The translations under genes and the position numbers were made by a program. Shown in pieces: positions 1 through 13,000 of a DNA stretch of 64,000 nucleotides; position 1 is the first letter of the stretch, and every line of letters starts with the position of its first letter. The notes under the pieces are model-generated. The model saw only the letters and a list, made by a program, of their open reading frames with translations, was not told the origin of the DNA and ran no database searches. The stretch spans positions 125,438 through 189,437 of the forward strand of contig NMRA01000510.1 of assembly GCA_002633005.1 (NCBI GenBank). Direction: 5' to 3'. The DNA comes from Phoronis australis. Taxonomy: Eukaryota > Animalia > Phoronida.

Positions 1-1418
1 CGGTACTTCAAGTGCAATCTTAGTCGTATTAATGTGGCCCCTGATTAGGCATTTTCCTTATTCAACAAACACAAGGTTATTTGCATTTAAGTTAATGCCA
101 CCTTGTAATTTCCTGAAAATGACTTCTTCACCTGATGTGGCAGAAAGCAGTGCAGTAAAACACAGATCTATGTATTAAGTAAATGCTGTGGTATATAAAC
201 CAGGGCACTGCTACAGCAGGTCTCAGAGATAAAGGTACAGCACACATCACGAAATTTTGTCCGACTGGTTGGCTAAGAGTCGACGACCGGCGGTTGACCA
301 GTCGGCTAATTTTTAGCGACCGGCAGCAGGCCGCAGAGCCGACTCATAAGGGGAACCCCCAGCCGACTCTCTTGCCGACCAGCCATCAGCCCGGCTGGTC
401 GGCTGTTATTTTTAGGCTAGAGTTCTGTAGCAGTTGCGTAATAGGTTGTCAGGCTGATACCGCTTTGCGTGCCCATGCATATTCGTCTCGGCACAGGGTC
501 AAATAAATCAACTAAGTTTTACTGTGTCTCCCTTACATGAGTTCCCATTGGTTGAGTAACACCACTAATTGGATGGTTGAAGACAAGTGGTAATATTGAA
601 CATTGGATTATGGACAATGCAACAAGTTTTGGATAACAAAACGTGAGACTCGTGACATTAACAAGTTGAATTTGATTGCCTGCTTCCCGATCAATATAAC
701 GCCGTAGTCATTTTGTAAACACAGCTATTTTTGACAGTCTTCACCCACACTTGTTTTTTGTTTGTGTTACGCCAAACTCTATATTTTTGCGTTTTTAAAG
801 TTCTTCACGGGTCTCCTATCATGTGCCCATTATGATGGGATAGTGACTGAGGTGTTGCAACAAAGAACTTTTACTCCAGGGATTTTATTTTCATAGTATT
901 AACCCTTGCAGTAAAGACACAAAATACATGGTCCTGTATGCCCTATGCCCACGGACTTGTAAGGCTCTAACTTTGAAGTTATATGGTTTCAATTTCCATG
1001 AACTTAGACAGTGACATCAAAAACAGAATTACCACTGTTGAGGTTACAACCAATTTCAGCTTTGCGCATTCCGTTTCCATGCATCAGCATCATTAAAATC
1101 TGCGATAGTTACAGGTATCATTTGGTCATTCACGTAGTTTTCTGACAACATATTGACATTATAAAACAATTTTGAACAGGAAGATGTGAATACGTGGTTA
1201 AGAGATATGTGTCTCTACAGGGCATTTGTGCATGAATCTTTGGTAAAGCGATTGCGATGTCTAAAAAATAAAAGAAAAACAATACACCAAGGTGCACTTT
1301 TTGAGAAGCAAAGCGTCTAAGGATGTTTATAGCGCATGATCTGGCCACCTTAGGTAGTAAGTGATGCTCAATGACATCTGGCAACTATGGCGGCAAAATA
1401 AAAGTAACATGCTTGTAT

Positions 1419-1534
1419 NNNNNNNNNNNNNNNNNNNNNNNNNNNNNNNNNNNNNNNNNNNNNNNNNNNNNNNNNNNNNNNNNNNNNNNNNNNNNNNNNN
1501 NNNNNNNNNNNNNNNNNNNNNNNNNNNNNNNNNN
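1419..1534. other. Assembly gap (N run)
   Basis: Run of n characters. Confidence 0.99.
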
Positions 1535-1958
1535 AAAGTCGGCTTTTGAGGGCATTTTTAAAACTTAATATGTTTGGTTGATGCATTCAGTCAGTGCCCA
1601 AGTCTTACATCAAATGTACGCGTGGGCAGAAAACGTATCCGCGTAAAGAAAAAGTTGCGTTTTAAAAACTTTCGGAGCCGTGTGTTGTCACGGTCCTACA
1701 TTAATCACAGCATTTCTTCAAAATTCAGATGAACAAAGTTTACGGCATACCGACTACAGAGTCACGGTCTTAGGCATACGTTGTAATATCAGTTGAATTA
1801 TATGTAATAACTGTGAATAGCACGTACGCGCACAATAAGCATTCACATTAATTTTATATCTGATCACAATTCTTCTCCTGCTAACAATCGTTTTCATAAT
1901 TTTCGGAAAGAACGTGGAATAAAACATAATAATGATAGTCCAGATTCTACATTTGAAG

Positions 1959-2082
1959 ATGGCACATGCGTTCATCGACCAGCAGATGAAAGAACACGAT
2001 GAAACAACTGCCACAGAATTATAAGGGATGATACGAGAGCATTTCAAGCTTCGTGTCTCAAAATACAGTATTAGGCATGCAT
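1959..2082 (+). pseudogene. Possible Tc1-like transposase HTH fragment
   Basis: MAHAFIDQQMKEHDETTATEL*GMIREHFKLRVSKYSIRH resembles the DETTA.EL...VS..TI.R HTH of Tc1-like transposases; internal stop. Confidence 0.45.
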
Positions 2083-4014
2083 ATTACATCATACCTCATC
2101 TCTGTAAAACTTGATATCAATCATGGTAGAAAAATGATTTGTATCATAGCAACAAGAAGTTAAAAAAGCGGTCAGTGTCTGTAACTGTTATTTCTATATT
2201 GTTGATTAATAAACGTAGGTGGAAATCAACTTTTATAACATTGATTCATGCCAAAGGTTTGAAATTGCGCCCCCTTAAGAGTTTTGAGTTGCCTAGGTGA
2301 CCACTAGAATCGACGCAATAAACATATACAAGTTGTTTTTTAACCTGTGTCATAGAAGCGAAAATTGCGTTTCCGTTTGTGAGTGTTCTTATTGAATAAC
2401 TGGGTTAATCATTTTTTCGTTCTACATGAAATCGCGAATTATCTTGGAACTTTTCTTTAGGATTACATGTACCAAGTTACTCCGAAGATTTTATTTTCAG
2501 AGTTTTACTCCTTGTTCTTATTCCAAATGGCTTGGAAGGCTCTAGCCTTGGTGCGAAGCTGTTTACTAAATTAAATAATATACGACTTTGTGCCGATGTA
2601 GGTAAAAATTGACCCAATAAAATCTTCGCTGAGTAATTCGGCTTTCGGTGCAATGAAATATTGCGTCACCTATTAGCCAGTTTCTTTTTCCCAGATTCTT
2701 CAATCAAACGTTCTCCCTCGAGGCTGCGTAAACGTCACAAAAAATGATCAGAATTGGTTTCACTTCATTTTAAGTTTTTAGAATTTTGATATTAGTAAAC
2801 CGAATTTTAGAACAAATTTTGCTGCGATGTCGTCATCTCATGGAAGAAAATGACGGCTATTTTTTGCTTAATCAGTTGTAGCGGGCAAGGTGAGTGTCAA
2901 CTGACCCTCTGATTTTGCATGAACACCCGCCTGTCTTGAGCTTATGTTGATACAAGTTTCACGATGAGGTGGCTTGCATAACTATCCGTGCTGTGTGCAG
3001 GTCTGTTGGAGCCCAATACAGTGCCACCTTGCTGTATTTGACGATAGTCTTCATACAGCTAGCTGGCTAGAAAGGAATGCTCTAACTTCGAAATGATTTT
3101 TTATTCCAAAAGTGACAACAAATTCATAATGATGACGGATCATGGCTGATACTATAACCAATCACATTCTTCCGTTTTCATGCGCTCATGATCTTAATAT
3201 CTGCGCTATGTTCTAACCTTTGTTTGTGCTTCTACTAAAATAAACTTTTGTTCTATTGCTGTACCAACATATTAAGAAATTGTACAAAAATGAACAATAA
3301 TTATCTGTGGGAAAGCGCAATATACAGAGTGATGAAGTGATGATCAAGTGCAATAATGGATGACCGCAAATGCGTGCTACTTGTTGAGCACTCCCTGGCA
3401 TGAAAACACCTGAGGTCGCAAAACATCCACCATTGTATTCTGATTTTTATGCAAATTCCTTGGTTGTTGATACTTTTTATGAATAATATATAAGAAGTCT
3501 CATATCTAGAGTTCGAAATTATGTTTCCGCGATATCATTTTACATTTGATTTTACCACGCCGTCAGCAATTCAACATAAAGTATACGTTGGTTTAATTTC
3601 ACGCAATTCGTATTTGTAGGTTGATTCGATTTTACCACCGTTCAATAGTTGAATAAAAGTTGATAAACCGACGTCAAGACTCGCGGAGTGGCCACTGGTG
3701 AACGAACAGCGAACAGTTAAATGTTTGTTTGGCCAAAGTTCACCTGGTAAGTCATAAAATTCGTCATCTACGCTAGGCGACCACTTTGCCGACCCAAGTG
3801 CTGAGCACAAAGGCGACTCAGCAGACGGCTCCTAGCTGACCATTGTTGGTTGGCCGTTGGACAGCTGGACGGCCGGTCGTCGATCCCTCGTCCGCCAATT
3901 TCAGATCGGTCGGATAAAAATTCGTGATGTGTGCTGTAACTGGCCAAGTTGTTCTCAGAAATGAACATAATAACATGAATGACATACAGAGTGGCATGAA
4001 CTGTAGCAGCTTAC

Positions 4015-4095
4015 CCCCTTTATCCTGACTGGAGATGACTATGGTCCCCTTGGCAACCGATGGTGGTTTCGTAACAACAATAGTTGCTGCTGGTT
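4015..4095 (-). CDS. NEK1: NEK1 exon 27 ([27 protein letters not shown])
   Basis: ttccag|...|gtaag, phase 1/1; no stop codon, so the gene continues leftwards. Confidence 0.65.
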
Positions 4096-7000
4096 CTGGA
4101 AGTAGAACAACAGCAAGTAAGCAGACAGATAAACCACACATATACTGACAATCTCTTACCATCAACAGCACGTGAAGTGCAATAACTGGTAAATCTTTCA
4201 GCTGTTAGGACTCTTACACGACAAATCAACAGATTTTCCAAACACATTTAGAACTTCAGCAATTTGAGATTTTTTTGTTAAAAACAATTCCTTTCAGACG
4301 AGAATCAAATCTGGTCTTGACAAAAAAGATGGAATTGATAGTTGTTAGTAAGAATGTTTTGAGGGACAATGATGAACAATTCAAAACATACACCGTCTTT
4401 CATTCTGGGATTTACGGAGAAATCTTAAGCCTGTAATTGACAACTTAAAGCATATTTGGCATGAGAGAAGGTTCAAACTCAAAGTACATGGACCTTGCTA
4501 AGTCAAACAAAAATAAACGCCAGTATACAGTGATGTAAGGAACACAACATGATGAATACATAACTTACTCACAACATAAGTGAATCCAAGATAAGACACT
4601 GTAATTACAACAGTCACACTTTTATCAATACTCTGCACAATGTTTAACGTGCACATAACTTATTACATACAATACTTAGTGTATATCAATTTTTGTTCAT
4701 TCTGCCAAATCTGCAGAGTGTCTGCCACAAAGTTGCAAACGCATACAAACTTATTATTCTTCATGCTTGATTTTAAAACCAGTTGTATTTTGTGATCAAA
4801 GTTTTGAGAGACCATTGCCCGATTTTATCACCAAAGTTATGTTCTTGGACACATGAATGAAATTAACTTTCTGGTAAAACCTGTAAAATCATGAAGAAGC
4901 AACTGCACATCTTATGTACCTAAAACATGTTATAACTTTGAATGGCAGTTATTTTCAAAAATGTTTTTTTAAAGTGAATTTCTCATTAATTCATCTTCAA
5001 AGCTGGTCAAAATTTAAAGTGGTTGAAAGCCTTTCTCCTGCTGATGACAATTGAATTTATACTACTGTTAATTGGCAGCAAAAACTTTATTTATATGTTT
5101 AGGGAATAGAGTGGTTACCCATCGGCAACCAGCACCCCGATAAAAGGACCAGGAAGGGCTCGAAAGCTAGGTCCACAAACACAAACAGATCTCCCATAGG
5201 TAACTACTCTATCCCTATACTATGCAAGGGTGCCAGGTACGAACATTCATTCTGTCATTTTTTACAAGATACATTAAACAATTTCTAACCAATTTTTAAA
5301 AATACATTGAGAAATGAATGCACAAGATATTATATTCAAAAACTAGTTGCCATTTGAAATAAAACGTTCTAATTCAATCTAAGCAGGCGACTTTGTACAA
5401 ACTTCAAGGGTGTGCAAACTAAGTGTTGTGGAGAGAGGAAGAAAAAAGCTTGTCCCATATTAACGTTGTCTTGCATGTAAACATGCACGTCAGCAGTGAA
5501 ATTTCAATGCAGTGTGAACTGTCAGTGAATATAGATGGCTCTCACATACATACATACACACCTGAAGGTTTGTCCCCATCAATGTTCATGGTGGCGCTGT
5601 CTATGATTTTTGCACCTTGTAAGAAATTCAGCGCAGTGCCTGCCGGACCGCCCCACTGTTTACGCACAGGTAGAGGGCGCTCATCAGGGTTCTTGATTAC
5701 AATGTCTGCCGCATTGGTAGCTGTAAACAGAATGTAGAGCCAAGTGGCAGAGAGCAAAGGATCCATTGTTTCAAAAAAGGATTGTAAATTATTGTGCTGG
5801 CTGATATTCTGCAAGTATCTTAACATCACATAACGCTATGTGAGAATCTACCAAGTAAATAATACCATAGTATCTTTTGCATTGATTAATTAAAAAAATA
5901 ACAATAATTTCTAAGACTGTAAAACTTAATCTAAAGCTGTAACAACATGTAATGCAATTTTCAGATAAAAAAGACATAACAATCTTAATAAATCTTTCTT
6001 CCGAAATAAAGATGAATCAGTCGTGATCAGCAAAATCTGGTACACATCGGACAAAAATGACGTTTAAGAAAAATGGTTCCTGGATTAGTTATTATCCCAA
6101 TGTTGAGCTGTAACATCCTACCTTCCATGTTTGATGCAGTTTCCTCCAGGCTCATCCCGCCAAGATTGACAGGTGCTCCTCCCCATTTGGGTCTCTCGGC
6201 AACAGACTCCTGAGCGGGTTCCATGGCTGGTTGTACAGGGGCACCCCACTTTCCTCTCGCTGGAGGAGCCTTCAATGACAATGCAAGTGTAATAGCTAAA
6301 AAAGTACTAGCTAGAAATTGTCAATAACTAAACATTGAATTTTGCGTATTGGATAAAATAATGAATCTGACACAAAAAATCTTAATAACTCGACAGTTTT
6401 GTTTAGGTTCACCACTGCATAGAAAATGAATAATGATTGGAGACTGATTTATGGAAAAGAGATTCCAGTGAACTTATAAGAATAGTTGAGTAACAGGTTT
6501 TATTCATTAATTGTGTGACTGCAAAACAACGTGAAGGTATTAATAATAAATCATTGAACTAATCCTATGGTGGTACCCTGATGAGATGGAAACAACACGA
6601 ACATGCCTGTAGTCATGGTAACAATATAATACCGCTGAATTATGTGCAATATAAGCACAGAATTTCATCATACCATCAAAAGTGAACTGGAAAACTGCAT
6701 GCCATTCCTACTGAATACACAAAATTACCTCAGATTTTGTGGTGGAATACTCTAAAAATAGAGATCTTACAGTTTTAAAGAGCTTACCCGCACACAAACT
6801 GTAAGTGCGAAGGATAAAGTGCAAAATTAAGAATAAAAACCTACCTTTTCATTGAGTTTTTTCAGAATTTCTTTCTTTTGCTTTTGCAAAGGCGATCTGC
6901 AAAGAACAAAATGCAGCAGGATAGAAGTTTTTCCTTCAATGACCAGGCACATCATCCAATGGTTGTAAGATATCACCAGAGAAGAGGCCAAGATGTGAAT

Positions 7001-10000
7001 AATAAATCATTGCAACTTGTCAAGTCAGTTACGTCATAGTTCAAAATGAGTCTCCATGTCTTTTAACTGCTGATCCTGACCAGCATCAAACTTATTGAAA
7101 TTGGTTGCGTAGGTGCGGATAAGTCTTGGCTCACAATCACAGCATGTTTTAAATTATTTTTACTGATATGGAAATTTGCAGGAATGACCAGATCAAAGCA
7201 GCTGTTTGACTATAACAAGAAGTGCTGACAAGAACTTCCAACGATGGTAATGGTGCGCAGCCACATTGCACCAACTTTGGTACAACACAAGTTTTCATGT
7301 TATAGGATAAAACATTGGTAGACCCCAAGAAAATCGAATGGACCACAAGGACTTTGGAAGTTAGGTCCACTGGATCAGAGTGTCTGGAAGTGTAGGGTAA
7401 ACACAAAGTAGGCCTCTCCTTCACATGCCTCACACAACCGCTCACTTACGAAGCCTCCGACTCTGGCTTGGGCTCTTCCTTCTGGCTTACATCCACCCCA
7501 ATGGCAGCAAACACATTAGTCATGGCAGGTGGAGGACTGACAGCACCTTGATTTACACTGTAATCAAACACAAGTTTTCGTGGATAGATATTGAAATGCA
7601 GTGGAGAGTAAATGTAGCACCGTTTAAAAACTGTAAGATTGTGTAGACTGAACAATAAAAAAAATAATTGCAGGTGATCTTACGCACGCTGAACCAGACA
7701 TTCACTGGCCGTGCATGTGGGCCCATTGCATTGATCACCTGGAACCATTTGTGTGCTTTATTAATGTATTACTTAAATCCGAGCTGAGGAGCTATAGACC
7801 TGACTCAAGGGTCCAGCAGTGTGGCCCAGTGGGACTCGAACCCACGACCTCTAGAAAGGAAAGCGGGCACCTATCATACTAGACCACATTGTCTCCTCTA
7901 ATGTCTGACCAAAACACCAGACACTACTACCCATAACTGAGTCAGTAAAGCTAAAGCTTGTGAAGACAGCAATACAGAGAACAATGTAATACAGCGCTGC
8001 TGACCTAACTGTACAGTAATGCAGAGAACAATGTAATACAGCGCTGTTGACCTAACTGCAGAGCTGCTAGGCAAGTAACTAGATATTAGAATCAACTTGT
8101 CACGCCAGACAATTTGAATCCAGCCATCAAGATTTACTGGCTTAAGCATAAGCCAAAAGATTCCTTGCAACATCTGACTTGGTGAACACCAGTTCTCCAA
8201 ACAAAAAATTCAGATTCTCAGTGACAACTTTAGCCAGACTGGTCTCTCATGCCAAATACCGACTAACAAGAATGTAAAATCTACTTGTAAACTCTTCTTC
8301 CTTCTCCTTCAAATGGATACAACATAATTCAGTTTGACAACATACATGGGCTTCTCAGGGGGGGTCACTCCAATAGCCTGCATCACATTGGTAAGCCCTG
8401 GGCTTGGCTCCGCTGCAACAGCTCTCTGTGGTGCTGCCCTCTGCGGCGCAGCTCTCTGCGGTGCTGCCCTCTGTGGTGCTGCTCTCTGGGCCCCTCCAAC
8501 AGCTCTCTGTTCACCAACAGCCCTAAGACAAATAAGAAAGTAAAATGAAGCATACAAGGTTTCCTCTGACAGGAACAATCCCAAATGATATCCAAAGATA
8601 CGTTGGTGCCAAGGTACAGCATTTCATCACAAATCAATTTGAATTTGTAGTAACAACGACACCAAGGTCACACATTTGGAATCAAAGTCAAACACTGGAA
8701 CGGAACGGATTGCAACAAGAATGCACTCCTGCTTGGTATGGGACTAGAAGTCAAAGCTTTTCACAATAAAGCATAAGAGCTTGCAAATGGAAATGCATGC
8801 TTAAGAAGACAAATTATTATGTACTAACACACAACTAGATCTTTTTCTCTGAAAAGTCACAAATGATCTGGCTCCTGGTTGACACTCAGTGACACCTCAA
8901 TGGCATAGGATGCGGGGGGGGGGGGGGAGGGAGTTGGCAAGCCCACCCTCCGCAAAAAGGTTGCAGGGGCGAGACAGGTTTCCTCTCCCCAAAATTCTAT
9001 ATGTTCATGAGAATCAATTAATTATTACTAGAAGTTTTGACAATATGCAAACTTTGTCTTAAAATAAAATTAAAATTTGTTCAGAATCTCCCTGCCCGCT
9101 GCTACCCAACCATCAAATGGTTCCTATGTCTATGCACTTCAGTAGCACTTAAATTACTGCTTATAATCTTCCTGTTACAAAGCAGCGCGTTGATATGGTA
9201 TAGTAAGAAGACTAACAAATCTTTACTGAATGATTCACCCACATGCAAAACAAACCAATGGCAGGTCAACATTGCACATTATGATTATTCAAAGAATTAA
9301 TATGTCATCATTAACTCACCTGCTGGGAGCCTGCTTCTCTTGCTGTTTTCTCCACTGTTCCTTCTGCTTCGCAAAAACATCTTCACGCTTCTTCTCAAGT
9401 TGTTCCTTCAACTGTTTGGCACGGGCATCAGCCTGGGCCTACCGTGGAAATGAAGTGCATTTTTAGTAAAGACAATTAAACTCTTATAAGAACAAGAGGG
9501 CAATATGAACTGAAACATGGCCAACATAATAATAGAGCATTATGAGAATGACTACGACACATTGAACTTCCGTTACAATCATGTGTCCAATACCAGTCCT
9601 ATTATGGTATGTTCTCAGTGGCCCCTTTCAAGGAAATTATACAACTGGGCCAAGTTACATACATGCCATCTGGAGGAAACCACCAGTGATGTAATAACAT
9701 GGCATGTGACTGTTGAACAATGCTGTAACTAGCAACATGCAACAATGGATCTGATCCACCACAGAATATTGGCATTACCCAGCCTTGAAGACTGAGATTA
9801 CACGTGTGTACTCACCCGCAAAGCTTCAATCTTCTTCCTTCTTGCATCTGGGTCAAACTTTGGATCACCCAGTGCCTCGCTGACCGCAGCACCTTCACCT
9901 TGTCGAGCTTTCATTGCTCGCCTCTCCTGGAAATTCTGTAGTCGTATTTGCCTGAGCCTCGCCAGGTAATCCTACGAATAGATTGAATTCAACGGATCTT

Positions 10001-13000
10001 GGCATGTCGTGACATTTAGTGTTACTGAACAATTTGTGATTGGCAACAAGAGAATGTATTCTGCTTTTTACTACAAATGAAATGTCCTGAGTCACGGAGT
10101 TAGTCGCACCAGGAAAAATAAACTTATCGCAATTCTTCACTTATTTCACACAAAAATGGCTATTTCTAAATGCTGATTACCTTGGTGCAGATGCTGTTTT
10201 CAGACACTTGCATGTTACAAATCTAGCTTAGAACAGAGCAAATTTTTCTTAACAGTTATTATTATTGCAAAATTTGACAAAATGAAACTTTACTTGTCTG
10301 CCGTACTGGGCACTAAATAGATTATGAATTATCACTATTTTAATTAATGACTTAATAAAATAAGCAACAAGTTTGTCCAACCCTGCCACTGGTTCTATCT
10401 GTTACCTGCTCCTCCACATTTCTGCCTTGTATATTTGAAGGTTTGGCTTGCTTCTGAACTGTAGGCCCATCATATGAAGGCGGGACATTCTGTGGATGAA
10501 TAACATGGCGAATATTGTACGTATAAGTCAGCTGGCTTCTCATATCATAATGAAACATTTTGAAGTACCTGGACTAATTCGTAGTATAGACGGCACGTCC
10601 ATCTGAGGATGTCTAGCAGCCAACAAGATGATATAGCCAAGAGGTATTTTCAAATTTTGTATGTTGTAAACTAATAGTTTATGTATGCATGGTACCAATC
10701 AAGACGAATAACTTGTCTGTTTCAGGTGAGCTATGCAACATATTACTCCTTGTTAAGCTATTGAAATGCAAAATCCACACAAACTTATCGAGACCAGGTC
10801 ATCAACAATGCAATATGGAATGCAAAGTACATTTTAGGTGAATACTTGGAATTAAGCTACAAATACACTTCACTTTGTATTGGTTAACATAAACAGGAAA
10901 AAAGGATTTCTCAACTCATGAAAAAACTAACCAGACATTGAAAAGTCATATCAACAATCCTTTCAGACATGGCAAGTAGAGAGCATACAGTATTGTTTAC
11001 TCAACTCACCTGATGTTACAACTATAATTACTGATTATTTCTTTGGTGTCGATTCCAGTTACCAACAGGTGGCATCTGCTCAGTACCTTTAATTTCACTG
11101 AGTAGAAATTTATTTATTACTGACTCTGGCCAACAATTGACCTATTTTGTTGAAAAAATAACAAAAAGAAATCTTATTTCAATAACGCATGTTGTTACTA
11201 ATCACACCACACATTGTACCAGACACAGCACTGAATGATCACAATATACAATAGGCCAATGGGAAATAAACTGCCACATACCCCAAATACATCTGCCTTG
11301 ACTCGCTGTCTATTATAAGCAGCCTCTCGCTTCCGATTGAGGAACTCTTCCACTTGCTTGGCCCTCTCTGCTGCAGCATTGGCTTTTTGCCTGTTAGAAA
11401 GTTAACGAATAAACTTAATCAATTTGTATTATGCTGTTTACAAGTCTGAAGCGAGTTGCAAGTACCGAAAATGTGGAAAAATGAACTGATATCCTAAAAT
11501 TCTACAATTCTAAAATGCAACCTTCGATTTGTTATGTGGCCAGGTGTAAGCATCATTATATCAACGTTTCACTGATACAATTTTTAGACTTACATTTTTC
11601 AGTGCCAGTTAAATGTATAATGTGGAATTACGTATAATGTATAAATTGTCCATAAAGAAGTGAAAATGGGATTTAGTTGTACTGCAAACCCCATCTGACA
11701 CTTCAAACTAGATTTGGCAGATTGAGAGACAGATGCCAAAAACACAGACTTGAAAATAGCAAAAGTGGCCACCAGGTGGTGCAAAATAGTAATGGAAATA
11801 GGAAGGTACCATTATTTCACTTACAGAAAAATCTTGTCAAATTTCATGAAAATATGCGAAGGAACTCTGAATAAAAAGGAAAACATATAATAGCCAACAG
11901 AGGTCACAGTGGTGGTCAAATCAGCCAGAAGTATTAGTCATCTGTAGTCACATTCATTGGAAAATGCCAAATTACTCAAAGACCAAGAAAGGGGATAAGG
12001 AAATACAGTTGCGGATGAAAGAAATAACAAGAACAAGCTTATTAATAAATGCACTCACAACTGCCGCCAAACAGGTAATGCTTCTCGCAGTGAAGGTTCA
12101 ACAGTTTCAGAGGAGACGTGCGATGGAGACTGTTGGCTATATGTCTTTATTTGGAGCAGCAACTAATTAGCAACTGTACCAACCTATCCAGCAATGAATA
12201 ATTAGTACCATCCACTCACCTGGCTTCTTCTGCAAACTTCGTCGGGTCATTATCACCTCGATCCAGTTCACGCTTCACTGCATCTTTGTCTGGCCAGCCA
12301 CCCATAGGGCGAGCAACTGGAAGGTCTACGTCCATGGCTGCAAAAAAGTGGGCAATCACTGGAATCTCTTTAAAACACCTTAGGCAAAAAATGAGATAAT
12401 TGGTTCTGTCAGCCCCCAGACTAACTTTGAAATAGCGCTTCAAACTCAACATCAGGTGGTGCTGGGTAAAAAAAGAAGGACCTCGACCCACTTCAGGTGG
12501 CATGATATGATGCTGGGTGAAATAAGAAGTCTCAAGTAATTTCAGCAGACATCAAGTGGTGCTAGGAAAAAAGGTGGATCCGGCCCATTTCAGTAAGAAT
12601 TACGTAAGTTTTTGAAAATATGCACAATTCAAAAATACTGCATCACCACGACACTTTTCAAAAAAAACACCGACTAGGACCAATGTGCTACTTTTTGGCC
12701 TTACAGCACAATCAGTTCATGTTAGTTATACTGAACATGGTTTCGCCAGGTCAAAAGTGCAAGTTCGTTAAACCAAAAATAACACTTTAGTGCTCCATGG
12801 CATGACGGACCTTAGAGTGGTTCTGAAGCACAAATAATGTTACTGAACATAGAGGTAGAAAAGAAATGTCTGGCTTACGATCAGGAGCATCACCAGCACC
12901 TGCCGCCGCTGCTTTCATTCTCTGCTCTTGTTCTGCTTGGATCTTGTCCAGGTAGGCATGGTACTTGTCATAGTCTCCCCTGTCATTAGCCGCCTGCAAC

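Larger units (their letters stand above)
238..3936. mobile_element. ~3.7-kb TIR DNA transposon (TA-flanked), spans the assembly gap
   Basis: TA|CAGCACACATCACGAAATTTTGTCCGAC ... GTCGGATAAAAATTCGTGATGTGTGCTG|TA; CCGAC/GTCGG subterminal repeats at both ends. Confidence 0.65.
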
